Assembly (NCBI RefSeq): GCF_020745735.1
Contig: NC_083421.1
Coordinates: 23,365,001-23,429,000 of the forward strand
DNA length: 64,000 nucleotides
From: Hemiscyllium ocellatum
Lineage: Eukaryota
Direction of reading: 5' to 3'
Shown here: positions 43,101-58,100 of the stretch, in pieces
Numbering within the stretch: position 1 is the first letter of the stretch
Layout: every line of letters begins with the position of its first letter
The notes under the pieces: model-generated
Databases searched by the model: none
Told to the model about the DNA's origin: nothing
Seen by the model: the letters and a program-made list of their open reading frames with translations, nothing else
Program-made: the position numbers and the translations under genes

Positions 43101-46100
43101 ATGATAGAATCCCTACAGTCTGGAATGAGGCTATTCAGCCCATTGAGTCCACACCAATTGTCCAAAGAACATCCCACCCAGACCCATACTATTACTGTAA
43201 TCCTGCATTTCCCACGGCTAACCCACCTAGCCTGCACATCTCTGGAGGCTATGCGCAATTTAGTGAGGCCAATCCACCTAACCTGTGCATCTTTAGACTG
43301 TGGAGGGAAACCAGAACAGATGGAGGAAATGCACACAGACACGGGGAGAATGTGCAAACTACACAGACAGTTGCCTAAGGGTGAATTGAACTTGGGTCCT
43401 GAACATGATGAGACAGTGGTGCTAACCACTGAGGCACCGTGCCATAATAAGACCTGGCGTGACTAGGCTAAGATAGTGAACTGACCACCAGAGGTTCAGT
43501 TTCTCCTGTCACCTCAGTTTTTAAAACCAAACTCCCTCTCATTTTTCTCTAAACTAGAAGCAAAATACTGCAAATGCTAGAGACCTGCAATAAAGATAGA
43601 AAGTGCTGGAAACATGCAGTACATGCCAATCATATCAGATTCAAATTGTTAACTTTGCTTATCTCCAAAGATGATGCCAGACTTGCTGAAACTTTCCAAT
43701 GTTTTCTGTTTTTACTCATAGTTTTTCACTCCTGCTCTCATGGTGCTGACTTGGCTATCTCCCCAGTCACTTGCCAACAGTTCATTTAATGTGAGGGTGA
43801 GAGTAAAAAGACAACTGACCATCTGAATTCATATGTCATTACTTCCAGCATGATTTGTTCACACTAATACAATACTATGTTATTATTACAGTATAGCAAG
43901 TATATTCCTTCCACGATGGGTGATCTTTCCCACCATTTCTAGCCCTGCCCTGGCCTGAAGCTTTATCTAAATTTAGATTCAATGCACTTAATCAATGCAA
44001 CAAGCATGGTATTTCTGTCGCAGATAAACAGAGCACTTATATCAAAGTTCAGCAGGTAATAGGGAAGGCACATATTGGTGTTTATTTCAAAGGAAATGGA
44101 ATATTTTTTAAAAAGCATACAATATGATGAAAATTAGTGGGAAGCCAGAAGATTAGGAAGTCTTTACAAACTAGCAAAGGACAACTAAAATATGAGAGTA
44201 CACTAGCTAGCAACATAAAAGACAGTTGGAGGAGTTTTTAAAAAATGTATAATTCATATGATAAACATAAAGGAACTGAGGCCACTGTTGCAAATTTGCA
44301 GATGATATAAAGGTAAAAGGAGGAACAGGTAGTGTTGAGGAAGTAGGGAGGCTGCAGAAAGATTTAGACAGGCTAGAAGAGTGTGCAAAGAAGTGGCAGG
44401 TGGAATACAATGGAGGAAGTGTGAGGTTAAGCACTTTGGTAAGAATAGAGGTGTATACTATTTTCTAAATGGGGAAAGGCTTTGAAAATCAAAACGCAAA
44501 GGAACTTGGGAGTCCTAGTTCAGGACTCTTAACGATAACACCAGGTTCAGTTGGCAGTAAGGGAAATGCACTGTTAGCATTCATTTCAAGTGGGCTAGAA
44601 TACAAGAGCAGAATTGTACTGCTGAGGCTGTATAAGGCTCTGGTCAGACTACATCTGGGGCATAAAAAATGAGGTCTGCAGATGCTGGAGATCACAGTTG
44701 AAAATGTGTTGCTGGTTAAAGCACAGCAGGTTAGGTAGCATCCAAGGAATAGGAAATTTGACGTTTCGGGCATAAGCCCTTCATCAGGAAACATTTGGAG
44801 CATTGTGACCAGTTTTGGGTCATGCATCTAAGAAAGGATGTGCTGGTGTTGATGGAGGCCCAGAGGAAGTTTCTACCAAAAATGATCCAGGGGTTGTCAT
44901 ATGAAGAGTGGTTGAGGACTCTGGGTCTGTACTCTGGGTTTAGAAAGATGGTGAGAGAATCTGATTGATACTTACAGAACACTGATGCCTAGATAGACCA
45001 GTTGTGGAGAAGATGTTTCCACTAATTGGAGAGATTAGGACCTGAGGGCACATTTTCATAGATAAGCTGCAGAGCTGGGCTGAGAGGTGGCAAATGGACA
45101 AGTGTGAGGTGATTCACTTTGGTCGGAGTAACCGGAATGCAAAGTACTGGGCTAATGGTAAGATTCTTGGTAGTGTAGATGAGCAGAGAGATCTCGGTGT
45201 CCAGGTACACAGATCCTTGAAAGTTGCCACCCAGATTGACAGGGTTGTTAAGAAGGCATAGAGTGTTTTAGCTTTTATAAATAGAGGGATTGAGTTCCGG
45301 AACCATGAGGTTATGCTACAGCTGTACAAAACTCTGATGTGGCCGCACTTGGAGTATTGTGTACAGTTCTGGTCACTGCATTATAAGAAGGATGTGGAAG
45401 CTTTGGAAAGGGTGCAGAGGAGATTTACCTGGTATTGAGGGAAGGTCTTATGAGGAAAGGCTGAGGGACTTGAGGCTGTTTTCATTAGAGAAAGAAGGTT
45501 GACTTAATAGAGAGATACAAGATAATCAGAGGGTTAGATAGGGTGGACAGGGAGAGCCTTTTTCCAAGAATGGTGATGGCGAGCACGAAGGGGCATAGCT
45601 TTAAATTGAGGGGTGATAGATATAGGACAGATGTCAGAGGTTGTTTCTTTACTCAGAGAGTAGTAAGGTATGGAATGCTTTGCCTGCAACGGTAGTAGAT
45701 TTGCCAACTTTAAGTACATTTAAATCATCATTGGACAAGCTTATGGACATACATGGAATAGTTAGGTTAGATGGGCTTCAGATTGGTATGACAGGTCAGT
45801 GCAACATCGAGGGCCGAAGGGCCTGTACTGCATTATAATGTTCTATGTTCTATGAAGGGATGACCCTTTAAAACTAAGATGACGAAAATTTCTTCAGCCA
45901 GAGGGTGGTTCCTTTGCGAAACTCATTGCCACAGTGGACTGTGGAGGCCAAGTCATTGAGTGTATTTTAGATAGAGACGGAAAGGTTCTTGATTGATAAG
46001 GGAATCAAAAGTTATGGGGAGAAGCAGGAGACAGGATGCTTGAGAAACATATCGGCCATGACTGAATGACAGAGCAGACTCAATGGACCAAATGGCCTAA

Positions 46101-49100
46101 TTTTGCTCCTATATCTTATGGCTATGATCAAGTGGAAAGTCTTGCTTAAACTGTACAAGGTACTGGTCAGACCACTCCTGGAATGCTGTGAACAGTTGTG
46201 GTGCCCTGATCTAAGGAAGAGTGTACTGGTATTAGAGACAGCCCAGAGAAATTTCACTCGGCTGATTCTGGGTATAGAGGAATTTTCTTCTGAAGAAAGG
46301 TTAAGTAGGTTAGGCTTGTACTCATTCAAGTTTAGGAGAATAAGAGGAGACATTATGGAAGATTCTTAGGGGGATTGAGGGATGAATGTGGAGAAATTGT
46401 TTCTGCTTGTGGGAGAGTCTAGGACTTGAGAGCAAAGTCTCAGTGTAAAGGGTCTCTCAGTTAAGATTGGGATGAGGAGGAATTATTTTCTATGAGGGTT
46501 CGAATCTGTGGTAGTCTTGACTGCAGAGAGATGTCAAAGTTGGATCAATAAGTATGTACAAGGCTGAGACAGACTGATTCGGGGTTATGGAGAAAAGGTA
46601 GCAAAGTGGAGTTGAGCATCCTATGATCAGCCATGACTGAATAGAGAGTGGATTCAATGGGCTGAATGGCCTACTACTGCTCCTATGTCTTATGGTCTTC
46701 TGCCTTCTTAACAAGTCCCTTTTTGGAGAGAGTGGATAATCTTTGCCTTTTGCAGCATCTTCCCTTCCACAGTGGAGATGACTGAGTGGGTTACAATCTT
46801 TCTTATTGCCAAGAATAAAGTTGCCAAAGTCCTGCTAGACCATAGGACTACTCTCTTATTAGAGAGAGAGACAACTGATAGTGCTTTACTTGAGGGTCAT
46901 CATACTCAGGCTGAGGAGGGGAAAATATAATAAGGAGCCCTTCATGGTCACCTCAGTTGGTGCAAGAGTTGAACCAATGCTGTTGGCATCACTTACCAGG
47001 CAAATGAGCTAACTGACCCCTTGCCAAGGAACAGACAAGTACAGAAAATCCATTTGGATCTCCAGAACTGCAGCTGCTCCCTTCCCTGGCACATCCCTTA
47101 CAATCGCACCTTCCAGTTCTCCAGCACTTACAGTAAAAGGAACTCTCTTCTTTTGATTTAAGCTGATCTTTGAGCCTATGTACTTGCAACGTCCCTGTCT
47201 TACCTTGCCATCCATATTGCAGCGGGTGATTGGTGGAACTTGCTGCTGCTTCCCCGTGAGGCTACGCAGGGCAAATTTCTTGTTGACTGGGGTTGGCACA
47301 ACTTGGGCTGAGAGCTTTCTAGAATCCTGACTCTCATCCACACTGTAAAAAAAGGAAAGAAAATAAAGTATGACATTAAAAGACAGGAAGACATCGGATA
47401 TTAAAATCAGAATTAGTGTAAAAGTAAGCGAATTAATAATAAAATTATTGATGTCTGGAGACACTAATTAAAATCAATAGTTTCATTAGGGTACTAACTA
47501 GATTCTCAAAGAGGAAATAAACTTCATGGATGAGCAGTCAAGACCTGTTGCTTGCAATTCCTGCAGCTTGTGGATCTTCAGAGCATTTCAGATATCTTCA
47601 GGGGCTATGTATATAGTAAGTGTTCTCAAATGCTTAGAAACTCTGAACTTGAGGGGCAACTGGAGTCACTGCAGAGAATCAGGAAAAATGAGAGATTCCT
47701 GGATCAGACATTCTAGTTGGCCAACCCTACCCATAGTACAAGCTCAACATTACAGTTGTGTGACTATCAGGATGGGGCATGTAGTACAAAAGTCATAGAA
47801 GATTAGTGGGAGTGATGACATCAGAAGGCTATGATGCCAGTGGTCAAGGGACTGCACAGGAGGTATCAACAGAGAACTGCAGTGTTATGGGAGATTCTAC
47901 ATGTGGGGATAAAGAGGCATTTCTGTAATTGTCACCCTGAGTCCCCATGGTCACCTCTCTGATAACAGAGTCCGCAGAATATTCTGCAGGAAGAAGGGGA
48001 TGAAGAGGAAGTTGTGGTATATATTGGCACCAATGACATAAACAGAACAAGTATTGAGATCCTGCAGCCAGATTTTCAGAACAGGACGTCAGCATAAAAG
48101 CAGAGTCACAAAAGGTAGCAATCTCTGGATTACTCCCAGTGCCATGCACTAGCATAAGTAGAAATATGAAGATGGGGAGGATCAATGTGTTACTTGAAGC
48201 GTGGTACAAAAGGGAGGGCTACAGATTGTTGAGAATTAAGACCAGTTCAAGGGCAGGAGGCACCTTCTGAAAAGGATTGGTTGTACCTCAGCAAACTGGG
48301 AGCATGTCCTCGCATGAGGTATTGGCAAAGAGGGGAGTACCAATAGTTTGAAGTAGAAAAAAGAAATCAAGTGCATAAAGGCTTGTACTAAAGAAGGAAA
48401 TATTAGCATATTAATTGTGAGCAGAATAAGTAAACCTATATCTGATATTTCTGGTGAAGGGTCACTGGATCCGAAATGTTGACTCTGCTTTCTCTCCACA
48501 GATGCTGACCTATAGAGTCATAGTGTCATACATCATGGAAACAGACCGTTCGGTCCAACTCTCCATCATGACCATAATCCTAAAATAAACTAAACCCACG
48601 TGCCTGCATTTGGCCTGTATCCCTCCAAACATTTTTTAATTCATGTACTTATCCAAATGTCAGAAGTCACACAACATTAGGTTATATGTTGTGGTTCTGC
48701 TCGCCGAGCTGGAAGTTTTTGCTGCAAACGTTTCGTTCCCTGGCTAGGGAACATCATCAGTGCTGTTGGAGCCTCGTGTGAAGCATTTATATATTTATAA
48801 ATACCGGAAGAAACATCAAAGCAGCGCTTCACACGAGGCTCCAACAGCACTGATGATGTTCCCTAGCCAGGGAACGAAACGTTTGCAGCAAAAACCTCCA
48901 GCTCGGCGAGCAGAACCACAACAACGAATACCCGAGCTACAAATCTTCAATCAGATTTTAAACATTAGGTTATAGTCCAACAGGTTTACTCAAAATCACA
49001 AGCTTTTGGAGCGCTCCTCCTCTATCAGGTGAGGTGGAGGGAAGCACACAGGCACAGAAATATAGGCAGAGAGGTAATGGCAAGATAATTCCAGGTAATT

Positions 49101-52100
49101 GAGAGTATCAAAAGATAAAGACAAATTGTGTGAGTGGAGTGTTGACAGGCTGAATAACAAGTCTTTGCAGTTGATAAAAGTGTCAGGTGAATAAAGTGTC
49201 AACAGCTCAATAGCAAGTGAAGGGATCACCTAAGATAGGATTAATTAAGGCAGAGAGATGGCAACCATCTTATTTTTGATTTTTAAAAATTATCTCTCTG
49301 CCTTAATTAATTGGAATATAGGTCATCCCTTCACTATAGGCCCCTCTCGGGTTCATTCTTAGCCAGTTCCTTTGAAACACTTTCCTCTCTTGTCAGTCTC
49401 ATACTCCTTATGCTTATGGACCTTCTCTTAGCAATTACAATATCACTTTGTGCTTCTATGTCAAGTCAAGCCAAGCTCCCAGTATGGGTGAGACTGACCT
49501 AACCAAACTCTGGCTTCCTGTGATTTGTGTTATAGTTGAGCACTTTGATTACAGCTATACAGTACCCCATACCGCTGAAATCCAAAATGTCTTGACATTT
49601 GGTATGCTTTCCTTTATTGGTCAGAGTATTGAGTACAGGAGTTTGGAGGTCATGTTGCGGCTGTACAGGACATTGGTTAAGCCACTATTGGAATATTGCG
49701 TGCAATTCTGGTCTTCTTCCTATCGGAAAGATGTTGTGAAACTTGAAAGGGTTCAGAAAAGATTTACAAGGATGTTGCCAGTGTTGGAGGATCTGAGCTA
49801 CAGGGAGAGGTTGAACAGGCTGGGGCTGTTTTCCCTGGAGCGTCAGAGGCTGAGGGGTGACCTTGTAGAGGGTTACAAAATTATGAGGGGCATGGATAGA
49901 ATAAATAGACAAAGTCTTTTCCCTGGGGTCGGGGAGTCCAGAACTAGAGGGCATAGATGTAGGGTGAGAGGGGAAAGATATAAAAGAGACCTAAGGGGCA
50001 ACGTTTTCACGCAGAGGGTGGTATGTATATGGAGTGAGCTGCCAGAGGATGTGGTGGAGGCTGGTACAATTGCAACGTTTAAGAGGCATCTGGATGGGTA
50101 TATGAATAGGAAGAGTTTGGAGGGATATGGGCCGGGTGCTGGCAGGTGGGACTAGATTGGGTTGGGATATCTGGTCGGCATGGACGGGTTAGACTGAAGG
50201 GTCTGTTTCCATGCTGTACATCTCTATGACTCTATTATCCTCAAGTGATTTGACAGCATTTGAGAGTACAGGGAACCACCAATTTACAAACAGGCCTAAT
50301 GAAAGGGTTCAGAAAAGTTTTACAAGGATGTGGCCAGGGTTGGAGGACTTGAGCTATAGGGAGAGGTTGAATAGGCTAGAGCTGTTTTTGCTGGAGCGTT
50401 GGAGGTGAGTGGTTAACTTAAAGAGGTTTATAAAATTATGAGGAGCATGGATAGGATAAATAGACAAAGTCTCTTCCATGGGGTGGGAGAGTCCAGAACT
50501 AGAGAGCATAGGTTTGGGTGAGAGCGGAAAGATATAAAAAAGACCTAAGGGCCAACTTTTTCATGCAGAGGGTGGTACATGTATGGAAGGAGCTGCCAGA
50601 GGAAGTGGTGGAGGCTGGAACAATTGCAACATTTAAAAGGCATCTGGATGGGTATGTGAATAGGAAGGGTTTGGAGGGATATGGGCCAGGTGGTGGCAGG
50701 TGGGACTAGATTGAGTTGGGATATCTGGTCGGCATGAACAAGTTGGACCGAAGGGTCTGTTTCAGTGCTCTACATCTCTATGATGTGCTATTCAGCTATC
50801 GACACTCCACTCGTACTATTTGTACTTATCCGTTGACACTCGACCTGGAATTATCTTGCCATTGTCTCTTTGCCCATAAGTTCTGTACTTGTGCACTTCC
50901 CTGCACTTCATGAAGGAGCAGCTCTCTTGAAAGCTTGTGATTTCAAGTAAAGCTGTTGGAGTATAACCTGGTGTTGTGTGACTTCTGACTTTGTCCATTC
51001 CAGTCCTGCACCTGCACAGTTTGTAACTGTATTCGCATCCCACCACTTCCTTTGGCCGCATGAACCACTCTCTGTGTAACAGAGTTGCCCCTCATGTCTT
51101 TTTTAATTCTTTCTCTTCTCACGTTAAAATATGCCCCTGCCCTGAAATCCCTCACTCTAGGGAAAAGACATCATAACCAAATCCCCCATGATTTTATAAT
51201 CCTCTATAAGGTCACCCCTGTGCTGTGTTCTGTGCCATGGTGGAGCCCAAGTCCTCTGTGTTCCTAGTCAGTAATGGGAGTTGATTGCTCTTTTATTGCC
51301 CTAAGCATCTTAGTGTACATGTTTACCTGTGTTTTCCTAGTTTTTACCAGTGTTTATCAGTTTGTGTGAAATAACTGCACAGAGGCCGGTATCTTATCAC
51401 CAAATCACCCTTTATTTACTAGTGCACAGTACAACCTATGATGGCCATTCTGCAAACTGCACTGGTTTGATGATTCTTTTGTTCTCCAGCTTCCTGATTT
51501 CCGCCTCCATTTTTGCCCACAAGGCAAATGGCACTGGGCGAACCTTTCAAAATCTCAGAATTGTGTCCTGCTCAACATGTAAAGTGGCTTTGGTTCCTTT
51601 GATAGTGTCAAACCCTTCTTGGAAGACTGCTGGGTATTTCACTAGGACTTCACTGAGGCAGCATGTTTCCAATCTCGGTGAATCTTTCTCAACCAATACC
51701 GCCCCAATAGGCTTGGGCCCGCCCTTTTTACTATCATCAATGATAACTGCATCAACTGCTTCTCATAGGAGACCGGAACTGAATTGTTACCCTTAATCTG
51801 CAACGGTTCCATGGTGCATATTCTCAGTCTGGCTGAGGTCTTGCACAAACTTAAAGACTGGAGTCCAAGTGAATCTTATTAAAGACGGATTCTGCAACCA
51901 CAGATACAGCTGCACCAGTATTGACCTCCATGGGAACTGGTTGACCATTTAACCAAACATTAATTGGTTCCGATTTGGGTGTCACTAAGCAATTTAATTA
52001 TTCCAACCCACACATAGGGGGACTTTCCAGGGTGTGCACTCTCCGCATCTCTGAGTTTTTCTATTCGAGTCAGGCCTTGCAGGACTCCTTTGCTGTTTTG

Positions 52101-55100
52101 CGTCTGCATACCGTAACAACAACAACAACCCAAATCCTGAAGAACTTTTAGCCACTTGGCTGAGGTTTGGCTATGTTGTTGGGTCCTGAGATGGGTTGGC
52201 CTAGGATCCCTCTGCTCAAGACATGCCCTGCGATTGCCCACACACAAGTGGTATTCCCCGAGTTCAGTGAGAGTGTCTGCTTCCATTCGGATACATTGTA
52301 GTTCCCATTCTCCACTTGCTGCATTTTCTAATGACAAAGCCAGCTACATTGCCTATTTTAAGTCCAGTTGGGCCTCAGCTAGTAGGCGCATCTGCATGGT
52401 TATGTCATTAATCCCACATACCAAACGGTCTCTCAGCTTCTCATTTAGGGTCAACCCAAAGTCATATGCCCCTGGAAGTCGTTGTAACCTTGTCAAAAAT
52501 CCCGATGTGGATTCCCCTGGTTCTCTAAACATTGAATAAAACCAATAGCATCTCACGTTTAGAGGAGGTTTGGACTTGTAACATTCCTTAACCAACTCTG
52601 TCAACTCTTGGAAGGTTTTAGTGACTGGTGTCTCAAGTTCATCCTTTCATAATCGAAAATGCTGCAGGTCCACACGTAGTCAGAAGGGTTACTCATTGCT
52701 TTTCATCTGTCCCAAAGTCATTTGCCCATAAAAAAAATGTTCTTTCCACATACTGGATCCAGTCTTCAACAGCGTCAAATGAGTCAAGTTTCCCAAATAG
52801 AGGCATGATGCCAGAAATGCTTACCCCAACTCCAAGATGACTGTTGTTCTTCAGGCATGTCCTATTCTATCCTTGTTGCGACTGAAATAAGAGCACAGAG
52901 GTTGGTATCCCGTCACCAAGTCACCCTTTATTTGCTAGGGCACGGTACATTGGCTGTGGCCATCCAGCTTGGAGTCAGTCCTCAACTGAGGAGATTCAAA
53001 TCTCCTGGTTATATATTTTTCTTCTTCTCCTAGTTTTTTTTTGTTTTTTAAGTAATTATTTTCAGTACATTTCTCCCTTTTCAAACAATGTGATAAGAGC
53101 TATTGAATGCCAATCAAACTCTTGGTGACAAAAATGATCTAGAATAAGATTAGATTAGATTAATTACAGTGTGGAAACAGGCCCTTCGGCCCAACAAGTC
53201 GACACCGACCCGCAACCCACTCACCTACATTAACCCCTTCACCTAACACTACGGGCAATTTAGCATGGCCAATTCACCTAACTGCACATTTTTGGACCGT
53301 GAGAGGAAACCAGAGCACCCGGAGGAAACCCACGCAGACACGGGGAGAATGTGCAAACTCCACACAGTCAGTCAGTCGCCTGAGGCGGGAACTGAACCCG
53401 GGTCTCTGGTGCTGTGAGGCAGCAGTGCTAACCACTGTGCCACCGTGCCACCCTCAGTGCTGAGTTTCATCAGATATGACCCTGAGTCTAACCATAACTT
53501 ACCTATGGTATGTTTTTGTTTTCTAAGCTCCCACACACCACTATCAAACAGCGGTAGTGTTTATTTATTTTGTCCTGGTTGTATAGGTCAGCCAAGGCTT
53601 TCCTGATCGGCCCAGCTTAACAACCCCGAACAAGAGCCTCGCAGTCAATGAGGTTTACGAGGTTCCAGTCACTACATCATTCCAACAGAGTCCTCGTCCT
53701 GCATTGTCCTGCAGGTGAACTAGTCTGAATGAAAGCTTGTACTCTGGGGAGTTTGTAGTCAATCTGACCTATCATCCTGGCCTGGCTGCAGCCCACTTGT
53801 TCATGGATACTCACCATGTACCTCCAATTTCCCAATGTGCTGGTGTCTGAACTGTGTTGAAATGCCACTGAATCTTCCTTCAATCTCTCTAACCCCTAGT
53901 GCACTTACTTATGAAGCTGCAAAGGTTGAACAGTCTGCAAATCTGGGTACCTGAAAGCACAGAAACATAAGGGGAAGGCTGAGGGTAAAGAGCTCGTGAG
54001 AATGTATGAGGTCATTTCCATGCACAGCCTCCAATTCAAGACATATTTCAGCTTGAAGATGAGGATTTAGTCGAGAAGGTGAATAAACCAGCAAATAGCA
54101 TCACACAAGATGCCCTCAGCATTGCCCAGTGTCATTGGATCCATTGCACTGGAACTGTGGCCCTCAGATCCATCCATTCAAGGGTGCGAAGGTGATAGAT
54201 CGATGTGATCCTCCATCAGTTATCTGCCTCACCCCATTGTTCAGGTCACCCTTCTCCTGCAGGTGATTCAAGTGAATGAATAATTGGAGTCTGTGATTGG
54301 AGTGAGTGAGTGAGCTTCTCCAGCAATTTCTGTTTTGGTTATAAGAAGAACTATGGGAAATGTAAAGATAATGTAAAAATTGCTAGAAAACCTGAGCAGG
54401 TATGGCAATGTCTATGGAGAGAAGGCAGAGTTAACATTTTGGGTCCGATGTCCCTTCAGGAAAAAAGTTCTGATGAATTTTTCCAGAAATTTCTATTTTT
54501 GAAGCTATCTGGTAACCTGTATGTGCTAAATAGCAAGGCAGATGCTGTCAGTACCCAGAGTGAGTGAGCATCAACGAAGCAAGCAAAAAGTTTTACAATG
54601 CTCTTTCTTCCAATGCACAAGATGGGGGTCTGTAATTATGTGCAAAGCAACCTGACCACATAATCGCAATGTAAGGTATCACTGAACTCCAAGGTGCACT
54701 GTTGAAGTACTGAACTGTATTAATCTTTTTTTTCCCAACTATGTCCTGGTGATGTGGTAAGGCTGACACTTTGCTGATACCAGCCGTAATATACAGTGAG
54801 TGCGGACAGTCATTGCCCATAGAGTGTGTCCTGCGATGTTGGGAATCTTGACCAAGATGGACAACATGAGAAGGCATCAGTGAGCTGCAGCCTCCTGGTA
54901 CCTACCCAGGCTGTCATGTTGGGGATTATTGCTGTCTAGTTTCTCTCCGCTGCCTGGGAAAATATCAAACTACATATAAATGAGGTGAGATCAAATAGAA
55001 ATGAGATGTTAATGTTTGGAAATAGGCTGCTTCATAGTGAGATTCCCATAGGTGGAATATTTTACTTTCTGTGGATATGAGAGAACTTAATTTTTCTGAT

Positions 55101-58100
55101 CTCACTGTAGTTTCCCAATTAATTTGTCATTGCCTTCATCATTCAGGGACTGGAAAAATTGCACTCCAAATAAAGGAACTGGGAGTGGGAATAGTTGAAG
55201 GTTTGTGATAACCTTTCCTAGATTGGACGGTGTTCCAGAGGAAAACCGAGTAGCCATTGTGACACCTGTATTCAAGAAAGGATCCAAAGACATTCTTATC
55301 AACTACAGTCTGGTCAGTTCAATGTAATGGTGGGTGAGGTTTTAGAAACAATAATTGGGGGAAGACAAATCAAAGGGCACTTAGTTTGATGTCATTAGTC
55401 AGGACCAGAACGGATTTGTAGAAGAAATATCATGCTTGACGAATCAAATATTTTTTGATGAGATAACCAAGAAACGCTTTGGTGAAGGAAATGTAATGAA
55501 TGCTGTATCTATGGATTTATAGAATGTATCTCATAAAAATCTGGTTAACAAAATTGAGGCTCATAAAATACAGAGGCCAGTGTCAGGTTGGATGAAGAAC
55601 TGGTTTAAGTACATTAAGCAATAAGTCATGTTAAATGGTTATTTTTCAAACTGGAAAATGGATCACACTGGTGTTTCCCAAAGTTCAATACAAGGAATGC
55701 ATATAAAACGTATGCATATAAAACATTGGAATAAAGTTTCAAATTTCAACATTTACCGATGTCACATCTCCAAGTTTGGTAACAAACAATGAGGAAGGTT
55801 AAAAAAATTACTTGCAACGGAATAGAGATAGGTTAGTAAATAGGCAGACAAGTGGAAGATAGAGCTTAGTAGAGAGAAATATGTGGAGAGTATCTTGGAA
55901 GAAGGTGAAATATTATAAGGAGATATAAGGAGAAATAATACAAACTTAATCGTCCAGTTCTAAAGAATGTACAGAAACAGAGGATCCTGGGTGTCTTTGA
56001 GGTGGCAGGAGATCTTGAAATATTACGCAAAAAATATTGGCCTTTATTCATGAAGGTATACAAGATTATGACATAGTATTACAGATAAAGACAGGTTGTT
56101 CCTACTGGTTAATGGTAGAAGGAAATGCAGGTTTTGGTCAAGAGATGCAGTAAAGTTTTATGCAGCACATGGTAATAATCTGGAACTCATGACCTACAAG
56201 GGTGGTTCAAATGAATACGATTAACAATTTTGAAAGGAATTTTGATGGATATTTGAGGGAAAAAAGTTTCCAGGGACTTGGGAATGAAACCAACTGGGTT
56301 GATCTACAGAGACTTAGCATTACTTGATTGGCCTTTTGATCTCCTGTACACTCAATGACCTCCATGGTCCTGATTTTGACTAGGATGTCATGGCTAAAAT
56401 GCCAGGAATCTCTAGATCTGTCCACAAACCTCTCACCTCAATTTTTGTGGGGTCAGGATTGGGGCAGGCTGTGGTTCACAATGCACTGTTCTCAGAGGTT
56501 GCTGGCCACTTAAATGACCGGTTGCATTCATTAAAATGGTATTTCTTATCCACAGTGCCATTACGGAGGGAGTTCCAGAATTTTAGCCCAGTGATGCTGA
56601 AGGAATGGTAAAATATTTCTAAGTCAGGATAATGAGAGGCTTAGAGGGAACATGCAGGTGGTGGTGTTCCCAGATATTTGCTGCCCTTGTCCTTCTAGAT
56701 GGTAGATTGTGTCTTTAGTTTGACTCACTGCATAGCATCTTGCAAACATTGCCACCACTGTGTCTTGCTGGTGGAGGGAGTGAACACTGAAGATGTTAAA
56801 AAGGGTGCCACTCAAACGGCTGCTTCGTCCTGGGTAGTGTTGGGCTTCTTGAGTGTTGTTGGAGCTGCACCATCTGGGACACTCAATGAGTTGACATAGA
56901 AGGTGAAGGGGGTCAAGGACAACAGGTGGAAGTAGACACTAATTTGGCATCGAGGTGTGAGAGGCCTTGGGGATGGGTAGAGGGCATTAGGTTACATTTG
57001 GTTGGCATATGTGAGGCGTGAGAGAGTATGAGGGATGAGTGCTACCGGAATGTTTTACATTTCTCCTCTTTCGGAGAGATAAACTATCATTTGGATCTGA
57101 TCCAGGGACATGTTTGATTGAGGCTCAGTATCCTTTGAGTATAAGAGAAACATGTTTGTGCTTAAGAAATGTATAAACCCATTAGGACTTGCACACTTGT
57201 CAAGAAATTATCATAAAAACGCATGATACTAAAAAAAAACTCATTGTGAGGTATTTCATAGTACCTGATTATGTAAACAAATGCAGAATTTATGCTGCAT
57301 GAATGATTTCCTAAATTATTATTTTCACAAGGTGGTGTCTATTGATGGGTATCTCCAGTTGGTTGTTGATTGGAAATATCTTTTGACATAAGATTTTTAA
57401 GTGTTTGACCAAGATGTTTATTCACTCTGCAAGTGAAATATTTGATTATATAAGTTATTGTTGTGGTTCTGTTCGCCGAGCTGGGAATTTGTGTTGCAGA
57501 CGTTTCGTGATTGGTATCTGCCGCTTCCTTAGTTGCCACACACTCAGATGACAAGCAACATGAGTTCGAATGGGACAACACTACTATTATAGGACAAGCC
57601 AAACAGAGAACAGCCAGGGAATTCCTAGAGGCATGGCACTCATCCACAGATTCAATCAATAAGCACATCGACCTGGACCCAATATACTGACCACTGCAGC
57701 GGACAGCTGGAACTGACAACCGGAAGCGGAGGATACCAATCACTATAAATGCCGGAGGAAATATCACAGAAGCGCTTCACAGGAGGCTCCCAAGCACTGA
57801 GGATGTCACCTAGACAGGGGACAAAACATCTGCAACACAAATTCCCAGGTCGACAAACAGAACCACAACAACAATGAGCACCCGAGCTACAAATCTTCTC
57901 CCAAATTATATAAGTTATTAAACACTAGAGTAAGATGTTTGTTTTCTTACAAGATTTGTTCTTACAATTTCACTGCATTGGATGTTTATTTTGTAACAGC
58001 GAGAGTGTGTATTTGTTTCAGTTGTAACATAACCAATTGACTGGTAACTTCATTTTCTATCAAGATGCTTTCTGAAGAATGTCCACACTAGATACTCAGT

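Larger units (their letters stand above)
48687..48960. mobile_element. Palindromic Penelope-like family A element inserted into a family C terminus
   Basis: Near-perfect inverted arms; 14-bp target-site duplication AACATTAGGTTATA (48673-48686, 48961-48974). Confidence 0.85.

Noticed and set aside
49448-50155. 235-aa ORF, and similar ORFs at 10326-10844 and 32542-33348, as host genes
   Set aside because: They are CR1 ORF2 fragments, 5'-truncated and lacking endonuclease or an intact RT.
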